Source of the DNA: the human T2T-CHM13v2.0 reference genome, Homo sapiens
DNA: 64,000 nt
Direction: 5' to 3' (one strand)
Assembly: GCF_009914755.1 (NCBI RefSeq)
Contig: NC_060941.1
The notes beneath the pieces were generated by a model. The model did no database searches. It was not told where the DNA came from and saw only the letters and a list, made by a program, of their open reading frames with translations. A program made the translations under genes and the position numbers. Shown here one piece after another: positions 1 to 16,020 of this stretch (position 1 is the stretch's first letter; each line of letters starts with the position of its first letter).

Positions 1-3000
1 TTCGATGATGACTGCATTCGATTCCATTTGATGATTCCATTTGATTCCGTTCGATGATGATTCTGATTAATTGCATTCAATGAGTCCCTTCGATTCCATT
101 TGATGATTCCATTTGATTCTATTCAATAATGATTCCATTCGAGTAAATTTGATGATTCCATTCAATGATATTTGATCATTCCATTTGAGTCCAATTGATG
201 ATTCCATAGGAGACCATTCGATCATTCCATTTGAGTCCATTCGATAATGATTCCATTCGAGTCCATTCGATAATTCCATTGGAGTCCATTCGATGATTGC
301 TTTTAATTCCATTCGATGATATTCCATTTGAGTCCATTCGATAATTCCATTCGATGCTATTAGATGATGATTCCATTCGTGTCCATTTGGTGATTCCATT
401 CGATTTCATTTGATGATTCCATTCGAGCCCATTCAATGATTCCATTCAAGTCCATTTGATGATTCCTTTCAATTCCATTTGATGTTGATTCCATTCGAGT
501 CCATTCGATGATTCCATTCAATTCCATTCGATGATGATTCCATTCGGGTCCATTTGATGATTCCATTCGATTTCATTCAATGATGATTCCATTCGATTCC
601 ATTAGATGATGCCATTCTATTCCATTCGATGATGATTCCCTTCGAGTCCATTCGATGATTCCATTCGAGTCCATTTAATGAATTCATTGGGTTCAATTCG
701 ATGATGATTACATTGGATTCCATTCTGTGATTCCATTCTATTCCATTCGTTGATGATTTGATTCCTTTCGATGATGATTCCATTCGATTTCTTTTGATGA
801 TTCTATTCGATTCCATTCGATGGTGATTCCTTTTGATTCCATTCAATGATGATTCCATTCTCTTCCATTGGATGATTCCATTTTATTCCATTCAGTGATG
901 ACTCCATTCGATGATGATTCCATTCGTTTCCATTCGATGATTCCATTCTATTCTATTCGATGATGATTCCATTCGATTCCATTCGATGATGATTGCATTC
1001 GATTCCATTCGATGATTTTATTTGTATCCATTCGATGATGATTCCAAGTAATTCCATTCGATGATTCCATTCGATTCCATTTGATAATGATTACATTTGA
1101 GTCCATTCGATGATTGATTTGAGCCCATTCAATAATTCCATCTGAGTCCTATCAATGATTCCATTCATTTCCATTCAATGATTCCATTAGAGTCCATTCG
1201 GTCATTCCGTTAGTGTCCATTAGTTGATGATTCCATTGGAGTGCATTCGATGATTCCATTCGAGTCTATTTGATAATTCCATTTGAATCCATTCGATGAT
1301 TGCTTTCAATTGCATTCGACGATGATTCCATTCGAGTCAATTCGATGATTCCATTCGATTCCATTCGATGATGATTCCATTCGTGTCCATTCAGTGATTC
1401 CATTCAATTTCATTCGATGATGATTCCTTTCGAATCCATTCGATGATTCCTTTCAATTCCATTCGATGATGATTCCATTCGAGTTCATTTATGTATTCCC
1501 TTTGATTCCATTCGATGATGATTCCATTCGAGTCCTTTCAGTGACTCTATTTGTTTACATTCGATGATGATTCCATTCGAGTCCATTTCATGATTACATT
1601 TGATTCCATTTGATGACGATTCCATTCGAGTCCCTTAGATGATTCCATTTGATTCCATTCGATGATAATTCCATTCGAGCCATTTGATGATTCTATTCGA
1701 ATCCATTTGATGATTGCTTTTTATTATATTCGATTATGATTCCATTCGATTCCATTCGATGATGATTCTATTCGAGCCCATTCAATGATTCCATTCAATT
1801 CCATTCGCTGATGATTGCATTCGGGTCTATTCAATGATTCCATTCGATTCCATTCGATGATGATTACATTTGACATCATTCAATGATTCCATTCGTTTTC
1901 ATTCGATTATGATTCCATTCGATTCTATTAGATGATTCCATTTGATTCCATTCGATCATGATTCCATTCGAGTCCGTTCAATGATTCCATTCGATTCCAT
2001 TCGATGATGATTCCATTCGGGGCCATTCGAAGATTCCATTCAATTCCATTTGATGATTCCTTTTGAGTACATTCGATGATTTCATTCGAGTCCATTTGAG
2101 GATGATTGCTTTTGATTCCATTCCATGATTATTCCATTCGATTCCATTTGATGATGATTCCAATCAGGGCCATTCGAAGATTCCTTTTGAGTACATTCGA
2201 TGATTTCATTCGAGTCCATTCGAGGATGATTGCTTTTGATTCCATTCCATGATTATTCCATTTGATTCCATTCGATGATGATTCCATTCGATTCCATTCA
2301 ATGATTCTATTAGATTCCATTCAATGATGATTTCATTCGAGTCCATTCGATGATTCCATTTGATTCCATTCTCCAATGGTTACATTTGAGTCCTTTCGAT
2401 GATTCTACTCAATTCCATACGATGATGATTCCTTTCAATTCCATTCGATGATTCCATTCTATTCCATTCAATGATGATTACATTCTAGTACATTAGATGA
2501 TTCCATTCGATTCCATTCGATGATGATTGCATTCGTGCCCATTAGATTATTCCACAGGATTCCATTCAATGATGATTCCTTTTGAGTCCATTCGAAGATT
2601 CCATTCGATTCCATTCGATGATGATTCCATTTGATTCCATTCATTGGTGATTCCATTCAATTCAGTTCACTGATTCCATTCGATTCCATTCGACAATGAT
2701 TCCCTTCGATTCCATTAGATGATTCCACTTGATTCCATTAGATGATGATTGCCTTCAATTCCATTCAATGATTCCATTCGATTTCATTCATTGATGATAC
2801 CGTTCGATTCCATTTGATGATTCCATTTGACTCTATTCGAGGATTCCATATGATTCCATCCGATTTTGATTCTATTCGAGTCCATTCGATGATTTCATTC
2901 GAGTCCATTCAATGATTCCATTCGAGTCCATTTGATGATTCCATTCGATTCCATTTGATGATGATTCCGTTAGAGTCCATTCAATGACTCCATTCGAGTC

Positions 3001-6000
3001 CATTCGGTGATTCCATTCGATTCCATTTGATGATTCCATTCGCTTCCATTTGATCATCATTTTTGAGTCCATTCAGTGATTCCATTGGATTTCTTTTGAT
3101 GATGATCACATTTGATTCCATTCAATGATGATTCCAGTCGAGTCCATTCGATGATTCCTTTCAATTTCATTCAATGATGATTCCATTCGTGTCCATTCGA
3201 TGATTCTTTTTGAGTCCCTTCGTTGATTCCATCCGATTCCATTTGATGATGATTCCATTCGTGTCCATTCAATGATTCCATTTGATTCCATTCAATGATA
3301 ATTCCATTCGAGTCCATTTGATGATGATTCCATTCGATTCCGTTAAATGATTACATTCGATTCCATTCGATGATTCCCTTCGATTCCTTTCTTTGATGAT
3401 TCCATTACATTCCATTCAATGATTCCATTCGATTCTATTCCATAATGATTCCTTTCGATTCCATTTGCTGATGATTCCATTCAATTCCATTCAATGATGA
3501 TTTCATTCGATTCCATTAGATGACGACTATATTCGATTCCATTCATGATGATTCCAACGGATTCTATTCGATTTCTCCATTCGGTTCCATTCGTTGATGA
3601 TTCCATTCAATTCCATTCGATGACAATTCCATTCCATTCCAATCAATGATGATTCCATTCGATTCCATTTGATGCTTCCATTCGTTTCCATTCAATGATG
3701 ATTCCATTTGAGAACATTCAGTGATTCCATTCAAATCCATTTGATGATTCCTTTCAATTCCATTCAATGATGATTCCATTCGAGTCCATTCAATGATTCC
3801 ATTCGATTCCATTCAATGTTGATTCCATACGAGTCCATTCGATGATTTCATTTGATTTCATTTGGTGATGATTCCCTTCGATTGCATTCAATGATTCCTT
3901 TCTATTCCATTTGATGATGATTCCATTCGAGTCCATTCGATGATTCCATTCGAGTCCATTTAATGATAGCATTGGGTACAATTTGATGACGATTACTTTG
4001 GATTCCATTCTATGTTTCCATTCGATTCCATTCATTGATGATTCCATTCAATTCCATTCGAAGATGATTCCGTTCGATTTCATTCAATTGTTCTATTCGA
4101 TTCCATTCGATGATTATTCAATTCTTTTCCATTTGATGATTAAATTCAATTCCATTCGATGATGATTCCATTCAATTGCATTCTATGGGGATTCCATTCG
4201 ATTCCATTCGAAGATTCCATTCGATTACATTCCATGACGATTCCATTTGAGTCCATTCGATGATTCCATTTGACTCCATTCGATGATGATTCCATTCAAT
4301 TCTATTCGAAGATTCCATTCGATTCCATTCGATGATGATTACATTCGACTCCATTTGATGATTCCATTCGAGTCCATTCAATGATGATTGCATTCGTGTC
4401 CATTCAATAATTCCATTCAATTCCATTCGATGATGATTCCATTCGAGTCCATTCAATGATTGCATTCGATTCCATTCAATGATGATTCCATTGGAATCTA
4501 TTCAATGATTCCACTTGATTCCATTCGATGGCTCCGTTCGATCCCATTCGATGATTCCCTTCAACTCCATTTCATGATCCTTCCATTTGATTCAATTCGG
4601 TGATTCCATTCAATTCTATTCAATGATTGTTCCAATCGAATCCTATAGATGAATATTCCATTCGATTCCATTTGATTATGATTATATTCAATTCCATTTG
4701 ATGATGATTCCATTCGAGTCCATTCGATGATTCCATTCGATTCCATTTGATGATGATTCCACTCAAGTCCATTCGATGATTCCTTTCGAGTCCATTCGAT
4801 GATTTCATTAGATTCCATTGGAAGATGATTCCATTCGATGTCATTCGATGATTTCTTTCGAATCCATTCAACAATGATTACATTCGTGTACATTTGATGA
4901 TTCCATTCGATTCCATTCAATGATGATTCCACTCGATTCCATTCGATGATTCCATTCAAGTCCATTCGATGTTTCCTTTCGATTCCACTCGACGTTGATT
5001 CCATTTGAGTCCATTCGATTACTAAATTTGAGTGCATTCCATGATTTTATTTGACTCCATTCGATGATGATTCCATTCGAGACCATTCGATGATTCCATT
5101 TGATTTCATTTGATGATAATTTAATCCGATTTCATTCAATGATTCCATTCGAGTCCATTCCATGATTCCATTCGAATCCATTAAATGATTCCATTCGATT
5201 CCATTCGATTATGACTCCATTCGAGTCCGTTCAGTGATTCCATTCGATTCCATTCGATGATTCCTTTGTATTCCATTCTTTGTTTTACTTTGATTCTTTT
5301 TGATGAGATTCCATTCGATTCCCTTCGATGGTTCCTTTGTATTCCATTCTTTGTTTTACTTCGATTCTTTTGATGATGATTCCATTTGATTTCATTCGAT
5401 GATCCCAATCATTTCTCTTTGATGATGATTCCATTCAATTCCATCTGAAGAAAATTCCATTCGATTCCATTGGATGATGATTCCATTTGATTCTATTCAA
5501 TGCCAATTCTATTCGGTTCCATTCGATGATGATTCCATTCAATTTCCCTCGATGACTCCATTGGATTCCATTCGATGATGATTCCATTCGAGACCATTAG
5601 ATGATTCCATTCAATTCCATTCAATGATGATTCCATTCGAGTCCATAAAATGATTCCATTTGATTCCATTGGATGATGACTCCATTCGAGTCCATTAAAT
5701 GATGATTCCCTTCAATTCCATTCGATGATTCCTTTGTATTCCATTCTTTGTTTTACTTTGATTCTTTTTGATGGTGATTCCATTCAATTCCATTTGATGA
5801 TTCCTTTGTATTCCATTCTTTGTTTTACTTCGATTCTTTTGATGGTGATTCCATTTGATTTCATTCGATGAACCCATTGGATTCTCTTCCATGATGATTC
5901 CATTCGATTCCATTTGAAGAAAATTCCATTCGATTCCATTGGATGATGATTCCATTCGGTTCTATTCGATACCGATTCTATTCGGTTCCATTCGATGATG

Positions 6001-9000
6001 ATTCCATTCGAGACCATTCTATGATTCCATTCAATTCAATTCAATGATGATTCTATTCGAGTCCATTCGATGATTACTTTCAAGGCCATTTGATGATTCC
6101 ATCTGATTCCATTCAATGACGATTCCATTCGAGTCCATTCGATGATTCCATTCTATTCCATTCCTTGATGATTCCATTCAAGCCCAGTCGATGATTGCAT
6201 TCGAATCCATTTGATTATTCCATTAGATTCAATTATTTTCAATGATTCCATTCGATTCCATTCGATGATGATTCCAAACAATTCCATTTGTTGAATCCAT
6301 TCAAATGCATTCGATGATGGGTCCATTCATTTCAATTACATGATGATTCCATTCGATTCAATTCAATGGTTTTTCCATTCGATTCCATTCGATGTTGATT
6401 CCGTTTGATTCCATTGGATGATGATTCCATTCGAGTCCATTAGATGATGATTCCATTCAAGTCCATTCAATGATGATTCCATTCGATTTCTTTCAATGAT
6501 TCTATTCTATTCCATTCGATGATGATTCCATCTCATTCCATTTGATAAATCCATTCGATTCCATTCTATGATGATTCCATTCATTTCCATTCGATGATGA
6601 TTCTATTCTATTCCATTCAATGATTCCATTCGATTACATTTGATCATGACTCCAATCAATTCCTTTCAATGATTCCATTGGAATCCATTTGATGATGAGT
6701 CCATTCGTTTCAATTCCATGATGATTCCAGTGGATTCAATTCGATGGTGTTTCCATTTGATTCCATTTGATGTTGATTTATTTCGATTATATTGGATGAT
6801 GATTACATTCGAGTCCATTCAATGATGATTCCATTTGGGTCCGTTCGATGATGATTCCATGCGATTTCATTTGATGATTCTATTCTATTCCATTCGTTGA
6901 TGATTCCATCTGATTCCATTCGATGATTCCATTCGATTCCATTCGATGATGATTCCATTCAAATCCATTTGATGATTCCAAGCGATTCCATTCGATGATT
7001 CCGTTCGATCCCATTTGATGAATCCCTTCGATTCCATTTGATGATCATTCCATTTGATTCAATTCGGTGATTCCATTCGATTCTATTAAATTATGATTCC
7101 ATTTGACTCCATTCAATGATGATTCCATTCGAGTCCATTCGATGATTGCATTCAAATCCTTGCAATGATTCCATTCAATTCCATGCAATGATGATTCCAA
7201 TGAGTCCATTCAGTGATTCCATTTGATTCCATTTGACGATGACTGCATTCAGTTCCATTCGATGATGATTCCAACGGACTCCATTTGATGACTCCATTCC
7301 ATTCCATTCATTGATGATTTCATTCGATTCCATTCAATGATAATTCCATTCGATTACATTCGATGATTCTACTTGATTCCATTCGATGATGATTCCTTTT
7401 GTGTCCTTTCGATGATTCCATTCGATTCCATATCGATAATGATTCCGCTCGAGTCCTTTTGATGATTCCATTCGAGTCCATTCGATTATTCCATTAGATT
7501 CCATTTGATGATGTTTCCATTCGATGCCATTCAATGATTCAACGATGATTCCATTCGTGTCTATTTGATGATTCCATTCAATTCCATTTGATGATGATGC
7601 CATTCGATTCCATTCGATGATTCCATTCAAGTCCATTCGATGTTTCCGTTCGATTTCACTCAACGTTGATTCCATTTGAGTCATTTTGATGACTAAATTT
7701 GAGTGCATTCCATGATTTTATTTGACTCCATTCGATGAGGATTCCATTCGATGACGATTCCATTCGACTCCATTCGATGATTCCATTTGATTTCATTCGA
7801 TGATAATTAAATCCGATTTCATACAATTATTCCATTCGAGTCCATTCGATGATTCCATTTGAGTCCATTAAATGATTCCATTTGATTCCATTCGATTATG
7901 ACTCCATTCGAGTCCATTCAATGATGATTCCATTCGATTCCATTCGATGATTCCTTTGTATTCCATTCCTTGTTTACTTTGATTCCTTTTGATGGTGATT
8001 CCATTCTATTCCATTCGATGGTTCCTTTGTATTCCATTCTTTGTTTTACTTCGATTCTTTTGATGATGATTCTATTCGATTTCATTTGATGATCCCAATC
8101 ATTTCTCTTCGATGAATATTCCATTCGATTCCATTTGAAGAAAATTCCATTCGATTCCATTGGATGATGATTCCATTTGATTCTATTTGATGCCAATTCT
8201 ATTCGGTTCCATTCGATGATGATTCCATTCGATTTCACTCGATGACTCCATTCGATTCCATTCGATGATGATTCCATTCGAATCCATTTGATGATTCCAA
8301 GCGATTCCATTCGATGACTCCATTCGATTCCATTTGATGAATCCCTTCAATTCCATTCGATGATCATTCCATTTGATTCAATTCGGTGATTCCATTCGAT
8401 TCTATTAAATTATGATTCCATTCGACTCCATTCGATGATGATTCCATTCGATTCCATGCGATTATGATTTAAATAAATTCCATTCGGTAATGATTCTATT
8501 CAAGTCCATTCGATGTATACATTGGATTCCATTCCATGATGATTTCACTCAAGTCCACTCGATGATTCCATTCGAGTCCATTCAGTGATGCCATTAGATT
8601 CCATTCGATCATGATTCCGTTGGATGCCATTTGATGATTCCATTTGATTCCATTCAACGATGATTCCATTTGTGTCCATTTGATGATTCCATTCGATTCC
8701 ATTTGATGGTCATTCCATTCGAGTCCATTCGATGATTCCATTCAATTCCATTTGATGATGATTCCATTCTAGTCCATTTGATGATTCCATTAGATTCCAT
8801 TCAATGATGCCTGCATTTGGTTCCATCTGATGATGATTCCAATGGATTCCATTCGATTTCTCCATTTGATTCCGTTCGTTGATGATTCATTCGTTTCCAT
8901 TAAATGATGATTCCATTAGATTCCATTCGATGATGATTCCTATCGATTCCATTCAATGACGATTCCATTCAATTCCATTCAGTGATGATTCCATTCGATT

Positions 9001-12000
9001 CCATTCGATGGTGATTCCATTAGTGTCCATTCAATGATTCCATTCGATTCCATTCAATGATGGTTCCATTCGAGTACATTCAATGAATCCATTCAAGTCT
9101 CTTCAATGATTCCTTTCTATTCCATTCAATGATGATTCCATTCAAGTGCATTCGATGATTCCATTTGATTCCACCGAAAGATAACTCCATTCGAGTCGAT
9201 TAGATGATTCCATTTGATTCCATGTGATGTTGATTCCATCGAGTCCATTTGATGATACCATTTGATTCCATTCGATGCTGAGTGCATTCAGTTCCATTCG
9301 ATGAAGATTCCATTCGATTCCAATCATGATTCCATTCGATTCCATTCCATGATGATTCCTTTCAATTCCATTCGATGATTCCATTCGTGTCCATTCGATG
9401 ATGATTCCATTCGTGTCCATTTGATGATTCCATTCGAGTCACTTCATTGATTCCATCTGATACCATTTGATGATGATTCCATTTGAGTCCAATCGATTAT
9501 TCCATTTGATTCCATTTGATGATTCCATTCGAGTCCATTCGATTATTCCATTCGAATCTATTCGATGATTCCATTTGATTCCATTCGATGATTACTCCAT
9601 TCCATTCCATTAGATGATTCCGTTCGATTCCATTTGTTGCTTCCCTTCGATTTCTTTCAATGATGATTCCATTCTATTCCATTCGATGATACCATTCTAT
9701 TTGATTCGAAAATGATTCCTTTCAATTCCATTCAATGATGACTCCATTTGATTCCATTTGATGATGACAGAATTCGGTTCAATTCGATGATGATTCCAAT
9801 GCATTCCATTCGATTTCTCCATTCAATTGAATTCTTTGATGATGCCATTCGATTCCATTAGATCATAATTCCATTGGATTCCATTCGATGATGATTCCTT
9901 TCGATTCCATTCAATGATGATTCCATTCGACTCCATTCGATGATGATTCCATTTGATTTCATTTGATGATTCCATTCGATTCCATTCGATGATGATTCCA
10001 TTCGTGTCCATTCAATTATTCCATTCGATTCCATACCATGATGATTCCATTTGAGTCCATTCAATGATTCCATTCAAGTCCATTCGATGTTTCCTTTTGA
10101 TTCCATTCGATGATGATTCCATTCGAGTCCATTCAGTGATTCCATTTGATTCCATTCTATGATGATTCCATTCGGGTCCATTAGATCATTGCCTTTGATT
10201 TCATTCGATGATGATTCCATTCAAATCCATTCGATGATTGCATTCTATTTCATTCGATGATGATCCCGTTCGAGTCCATTCTATTATTCCATTCAATTCC
10301 ATTTAATGAATCCATTGGTTTCAATTCGACGATGATTACATTGGGTTCCATTCGTTGATGATTCCATTCGATTTCATTCGATGATGATTCCATTCGACTT
10401 CATTCGATGATTCTATTCGATTCCATTCGATGATGATTCAATTCTATTCCATTGGATTATTCCAATTGATTCCATTGGATGATTCCATTCAATTCCATTT
10501 GATGATGATTCCATTCGATTCCATTCAATGATGATTCCATTTGACTCCATTCATTGATGATTCAATTCGATTCCATTCGGTGATGATTCCATTCGATTTC
10601 ATTCAATGATTCTATTCGATTCCATTCACTGATGATTCAATTCTCTTCCATTGGATAATTCCATTCGATTCCATTCGATGATGATTCCATTCAATGTTAT
10701 TTCCATTTGATTGCATTTGGTGATCATTCCAATCGTGTCCATTCGAAGATTCCATTAGATTCCATTCGATGATGTTTCCATTCGAGTCCATTCGATGATT
10801 ACATTCAATTCCATTCTATGATGATTTCATTCGAAGACATTCTATGATTCCATCTGACTCCATTCAGTGATGATTCCATTCGAGTCCTTTCAATTATTCC
10901 ATTAGATTAAATTCAATGATGATGCCATTCAAGTCCATTCGATGATTCCATTCGATTCCATTTGATGATGATTCCATTCGAGTCCAATCGATGATTCCAT
11001 TCGATTCCATTAAGTGATGATTCCACTCGAGTGCATTCCATGATTCCATTCGACTCCATTCGATTATTCCCTTAGATTCCATTCATTGATGATTCTATTT
11101 TATTCCATTCGATGATTCCATTTGTTTCCATTTAAGGATGTTTCCTTTCGGGTCCATTCGATGATTCCATTTGATCGCATTCAATGATGATTCCATTCGT
11201 GTCCATTCGATGATTCCATTCGATTCTATTTAACGATGGTTCCATTCGAGTCCTTTCGATGATTCCATACTATTCCATTTGATGATGATTCCATTCGACT
11301 CCATTTGATGATTCAATTCGATTCCATTCGATGATTCCATTCGTTCCAATTTGATGATTCCCTTTGATTCCATTCGATGATGATTCCATTCGATTCCATT
11401 CGATGATGATCCCTTTGGATTCCATTTGATGACGATTCCACTCGTTTCCACTCCATGATGATTCCATTCGGTTTCAGGTGACGATGATTCCATTAGATTC
11501 TATTTGATGATTCCATGCTATTCCATTTGTTGAAAATTCCATTCGAATCCATTCGATGATTATTCCATTAGATTCCATTTGATGATTATTCCATTCAGTT
11601 TCATTTGATGAAACTATTTGATACCATTCGATGATGATTCCCTTCTATTCCATTCGATGATTCCATTCGATTTCATTCTATGATGATTCTAATCAATTCC
11701 ATTTGATGATTCCATTTGATTGAATTTGATGATGATCCCATTCGTGTCCATTCGATGATTCCACTCGATTCCATTTTATGATGATCCCATTCATGTCCAT
11801 TCGATGATTCCACTGGATTCCATTCAATGATGATTCCATACGAGTCCACTAGATGATTCCATTTGGTTCCATTTGATGATGATTCCTTACGATGCCATTC
11901 AAAGATTCCATTAGATTTCATTGGATGATGATTCCTTTCGTTTCCATTCAATGATTCCATTGGATGATGATTCCATTCGATGCCATTCGAGAATTCCATT

Positions 12001-15000
12001 CAATTCCATTTGAGGATTCCATTCTATTCCATTTGATGATGATTTCATACGAGTCCATTCAATGATTGCATTTGATTCCACTCAATGATGATTACATTTG
12101 AGTCCATTCGATGATTCCTTTTGATTTCATTCGATGATGATTCCATTCATTTCCATTCGATATTTCCATTCGATTCCATTCAACGATAATTCCATTCGAG
12201 TTTATTGGATGGTTCCATTCGATTCCATTCAATGATGATTCCATTAGAGTCCATTCGATGATTCCATTCAGTTCCATTTGATGATGATTCCATTTTATTC
12301 CATTCGAGGATTCCATTTGATTCCATTCGTTGACTCTTCCTTTCGATTCCATTCGATGATGGTTCCATTCGATTCCATTTGATGATAATTCCATTCGATT
12401 CCATTTGACGATGTTTCCATTCGAGTCCATTCGATGATAATTCTCTTCGCGTCTGTTCGATGGTGATTCCATTCGATTTCATTCGATGCTTATATTCGAT
12501 TCCATTCGATGATGATTCCATCAGATTCCATTCGATGATTCCATTTGATTCCATTCAGTGATGATTGCATTCGATGGTGATTCCATCAGATTCCATTTGA
12601 TGATTCCATTAGATTCCATTCAGTGATGATTCCATTGGATTCCATTCGATGTTGATTCCATTCAATTCGTTTCAATCAATTAGATTTCATTTGTTGAAGA
12701 TTCCATTCGAGTCCATTCATTGACTCCATTAGATTCCATTCGATGATGATTCCATTGCAGTCCATTCGATAATTCCATTCGGTTCCATTTGATGATGATT
12801 CCATTGGATTCCATTCGATGATTCCATTTGATCCCATTCGTTGATGATTCCATTAGATTCCATTCGTTGTTGATTCCATTCGACTCCATTTCATGATGAT
12901 TCCATTCGATTTCATTCGATGATTCTATTTGTTTCCTTTCGATGATGATTCCCTTCTATTCCAATCAATGGTTCCATTCGATGCAATTCGATGAATACAT
13001 TCAATTCCATTCAATGATGATTCCATTCCATTCCATTTGATGATTACATTTGATTGCATTCGATGAGGATTCCATTCGTGTCCATTAGATGATTCCATTC
13101 GATCCCATCTGATGATGATTCCATTCGATTCCATTTGATGATTCCATTCAATTCCATTCATTGATGATTCCATTCGATTCCATTCAATGATTCTATTCAA
13201 TTCCATTCGATGATGATTCTATTCGATTCCATTCAATGATTCCATTTGAGTTCATTTGATGTTCCATTTGAGTCCATTCAATAACACCATTCGATTCCAT
13301 TTGATAATGATTCCATTCGAGTCCATTTGATGATGATTCCATTCGAGTCCACTCGATGATTCCATTCAGTTCTATTTGATGATGATTCCATTGGATTCCT
13401 TTCAATGATTCCATTAAATTCCATTCGTTCATGATTCCATTAGATTCCATTTGATGATGGTTCCATTTGATTCCGTTCATTGATGATTCCATCAGATTCC
13501 ATTCAGTGATGATTCCATTCGACTCCATTCGGTGATGATTCCATTCGATTTCATTCAATGGTTTCATTCGATTCCATTCAATGATAATTCCATTCCATTC
13601 CATTCAATGATTCCATTCAATTCCATACGATGATGATTCCATTATATCCGATTCGATGTTGAGCCATTTGATTCAATTCCATGATGATTCTATTTGATTC
13701 AATTCCATGATGTCTCCATTCGATTCTATTTGTTGATGATTCCATTCAATTCCATTCGAAGATGATTCCATTAGAGTCCATTCGATGATGATTCCTTTCA
13801 ATTCCATTCGAAGATGATTCCATTTGATTTCATTCAATGCTTCTATCAGATTCCATTCGATGATGATTCCATCTGATTCCATTTGATGATTCCATTCAAT
13901 TCCATTCAGTGATGATTCCAATCGATTCCATCCGATTTTGATTTCATTTGTTTCCATTCGATGATGATTGGATTCGTGTCCATTCGATGATTCCATTCGA
14001 GTGCATTTGATGATTCCATTGGACTCCATTTGATGATGATTCTATTCAATGACTCCATTCGATTCTATTCGATGATGATTCTGTTCAATTCCATTTGATG
14101 ATTCCATTCGATTCCATTTGATGATGATTCTGTTCAATTCCATTTGATGATTCCATTTGATTACATTCGAGGATTCCATTCAATATCATTCGATGATCAT
14201 TCCTTTCAATTCCATTCAATGATTTCATTCGATTCCAAAGATGATTCCATTCAAGGCCATTCAATGATTCCATTCGATTTCATTTGATGATGCTTCCATG
14301 CGATGCCATTAGATGTTTCCATTCGATTCCATTCAATGATGATTCTATTCAAGTCCATTCAATGATTCTATTCGATTCCACTCGCTGATAATTCCTTTTG
14401 ATTCCATTCGATGTTTCCTTTTCATTCCATTAGATGATGATTCCATTCGAGTCCATTTGTTGATTGCTTTAGAGTCTATTCGATGATTCCATTCGATTCC
14501 ATTCGATGATGATTCCATTCGAATCCATTCGATAATTCCATCTGATTCCATTTGATGATGACTGCATTCGGTTCCATTCGATGATGATTCGAACGGACTC
14601 CATTCGATGATGATTCGAACGGACTCCATTCGATGATGATTCGAAAGGACTCCATTCGATGACTCCATTCGATTACATTCATTGATGATTCCATTCGATT
14701 CCATTCAATGATTCCACTTGATTCCATTCGATGATGATTCCATTCGTGTCCATTCGATGATTCCATTTGATTCCATTCAATGATGATTCAATTCGAGTGC
14801 ATTCGATGATTCCATTCAAGTCCATTTGATGTTTCCTTTCGATTCCACTCAACGTTGATTCCATTTGAGTCCATTCAATGATTAAATTTGAGTGCATTCC
14901 ATGATTTCATTCGATTCCATTTGATGATCATTCTATTCGAGTCCATTCGATTATTCCATTTTATTTCATTCGATGATGATTGCATTCGATTCCAATCAAT

Positions 15001-16020
15001 GATTCAGTTCGAGTCCTTTCGATGATTCCATAACATTCCATTCGGTGGTTATTCCATTCGATTCCATTCGATGATGATTCCATTCGATTCCCTTCATTGA
15101 TGATTCGATTAGATTCCATTTGATGATGATTCCATTTGACTCCATTCAATGATGATTCCATTTGATTCCCTTCGATGATTCCTTTTGATCCCACTCGATG
15201 ATTCCCTTCGATTCCATTCGATCATCTTTCCATTCGATTCAATTTGATGATTCTGTTTGATTCCATTCGATGATGATTCCATTCGATCAAGAGTCCATTT
15301 GATTCCATTTGTTGATTACTCCGTTCTGTTCCATTTAATGATGATTTCATTCAGGTCCATTTGATGATGATTGCTTTAGATTCCATTCGATGATTCCATT
15401 TGATTACATTTGCTGATGATTCCATTCGATTCCATTCAATGATGATTCCATTCGATTCCATTTGATGATGGTTACATTCGATTCCATTTGATGATGATTG
15501 AATTCGATTCCATTCAATGATGATTCCATTCGATTCCATTCGATGATGATTCCATTCGCTTCCATTCAGTGATGATTCCATTTGATTCCATTCGATGATG
15601 ATTCCTTTCGAATCCATTCAATGATAATTCCATTCAAGTCCATTGGATGATGCTGCCTTTCGATTCCTTCCAATGATGACTCCATTTGATTCCATTCGAT
15701 GATGATTCCGTTTGATTCCATTCGATGATAATTCCATTCTATTCCCTTTGATGCTGATACCATTCCATTCCAGTCGATGATGATTCCATTCAATTCCATT
15801 CGATGATGATTCCATTCGCTTCCATACAATGATGATTCCATTTGATTCCATTCGATGATGATTCCTTTCGAGTACATTCGATGATGATTCCATTCAAGTC
15901 CATTGGATGATGATGCCTTTCGATTCCATTCGATGATGACTCCATTCGATTCCAATCGCTGATTATTTCGTTTGATTCCATTCGATGATAATTCCGTTCT
16001 ATTCCATTCGATGATGTTTC
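1..16020 (+). repeat. Human satellite II (HSat2/HSATII) array, diverged, CATTC strand on +; continues past the left edge
   Basis: Continuous ATTCCATTCGATGATG / GAGTCCATTCG 23- and 26-bp units with abundant CATTCG and GATGATG; many CpG-decay variants (CATTTG, CATTCA). Confidence 0.97.

Noticed and set aside
1-16020. CRISPR-like repeat-spacer array
   Set aside because: Tandem satellite with no unique spacers and no cas genes; primate context.
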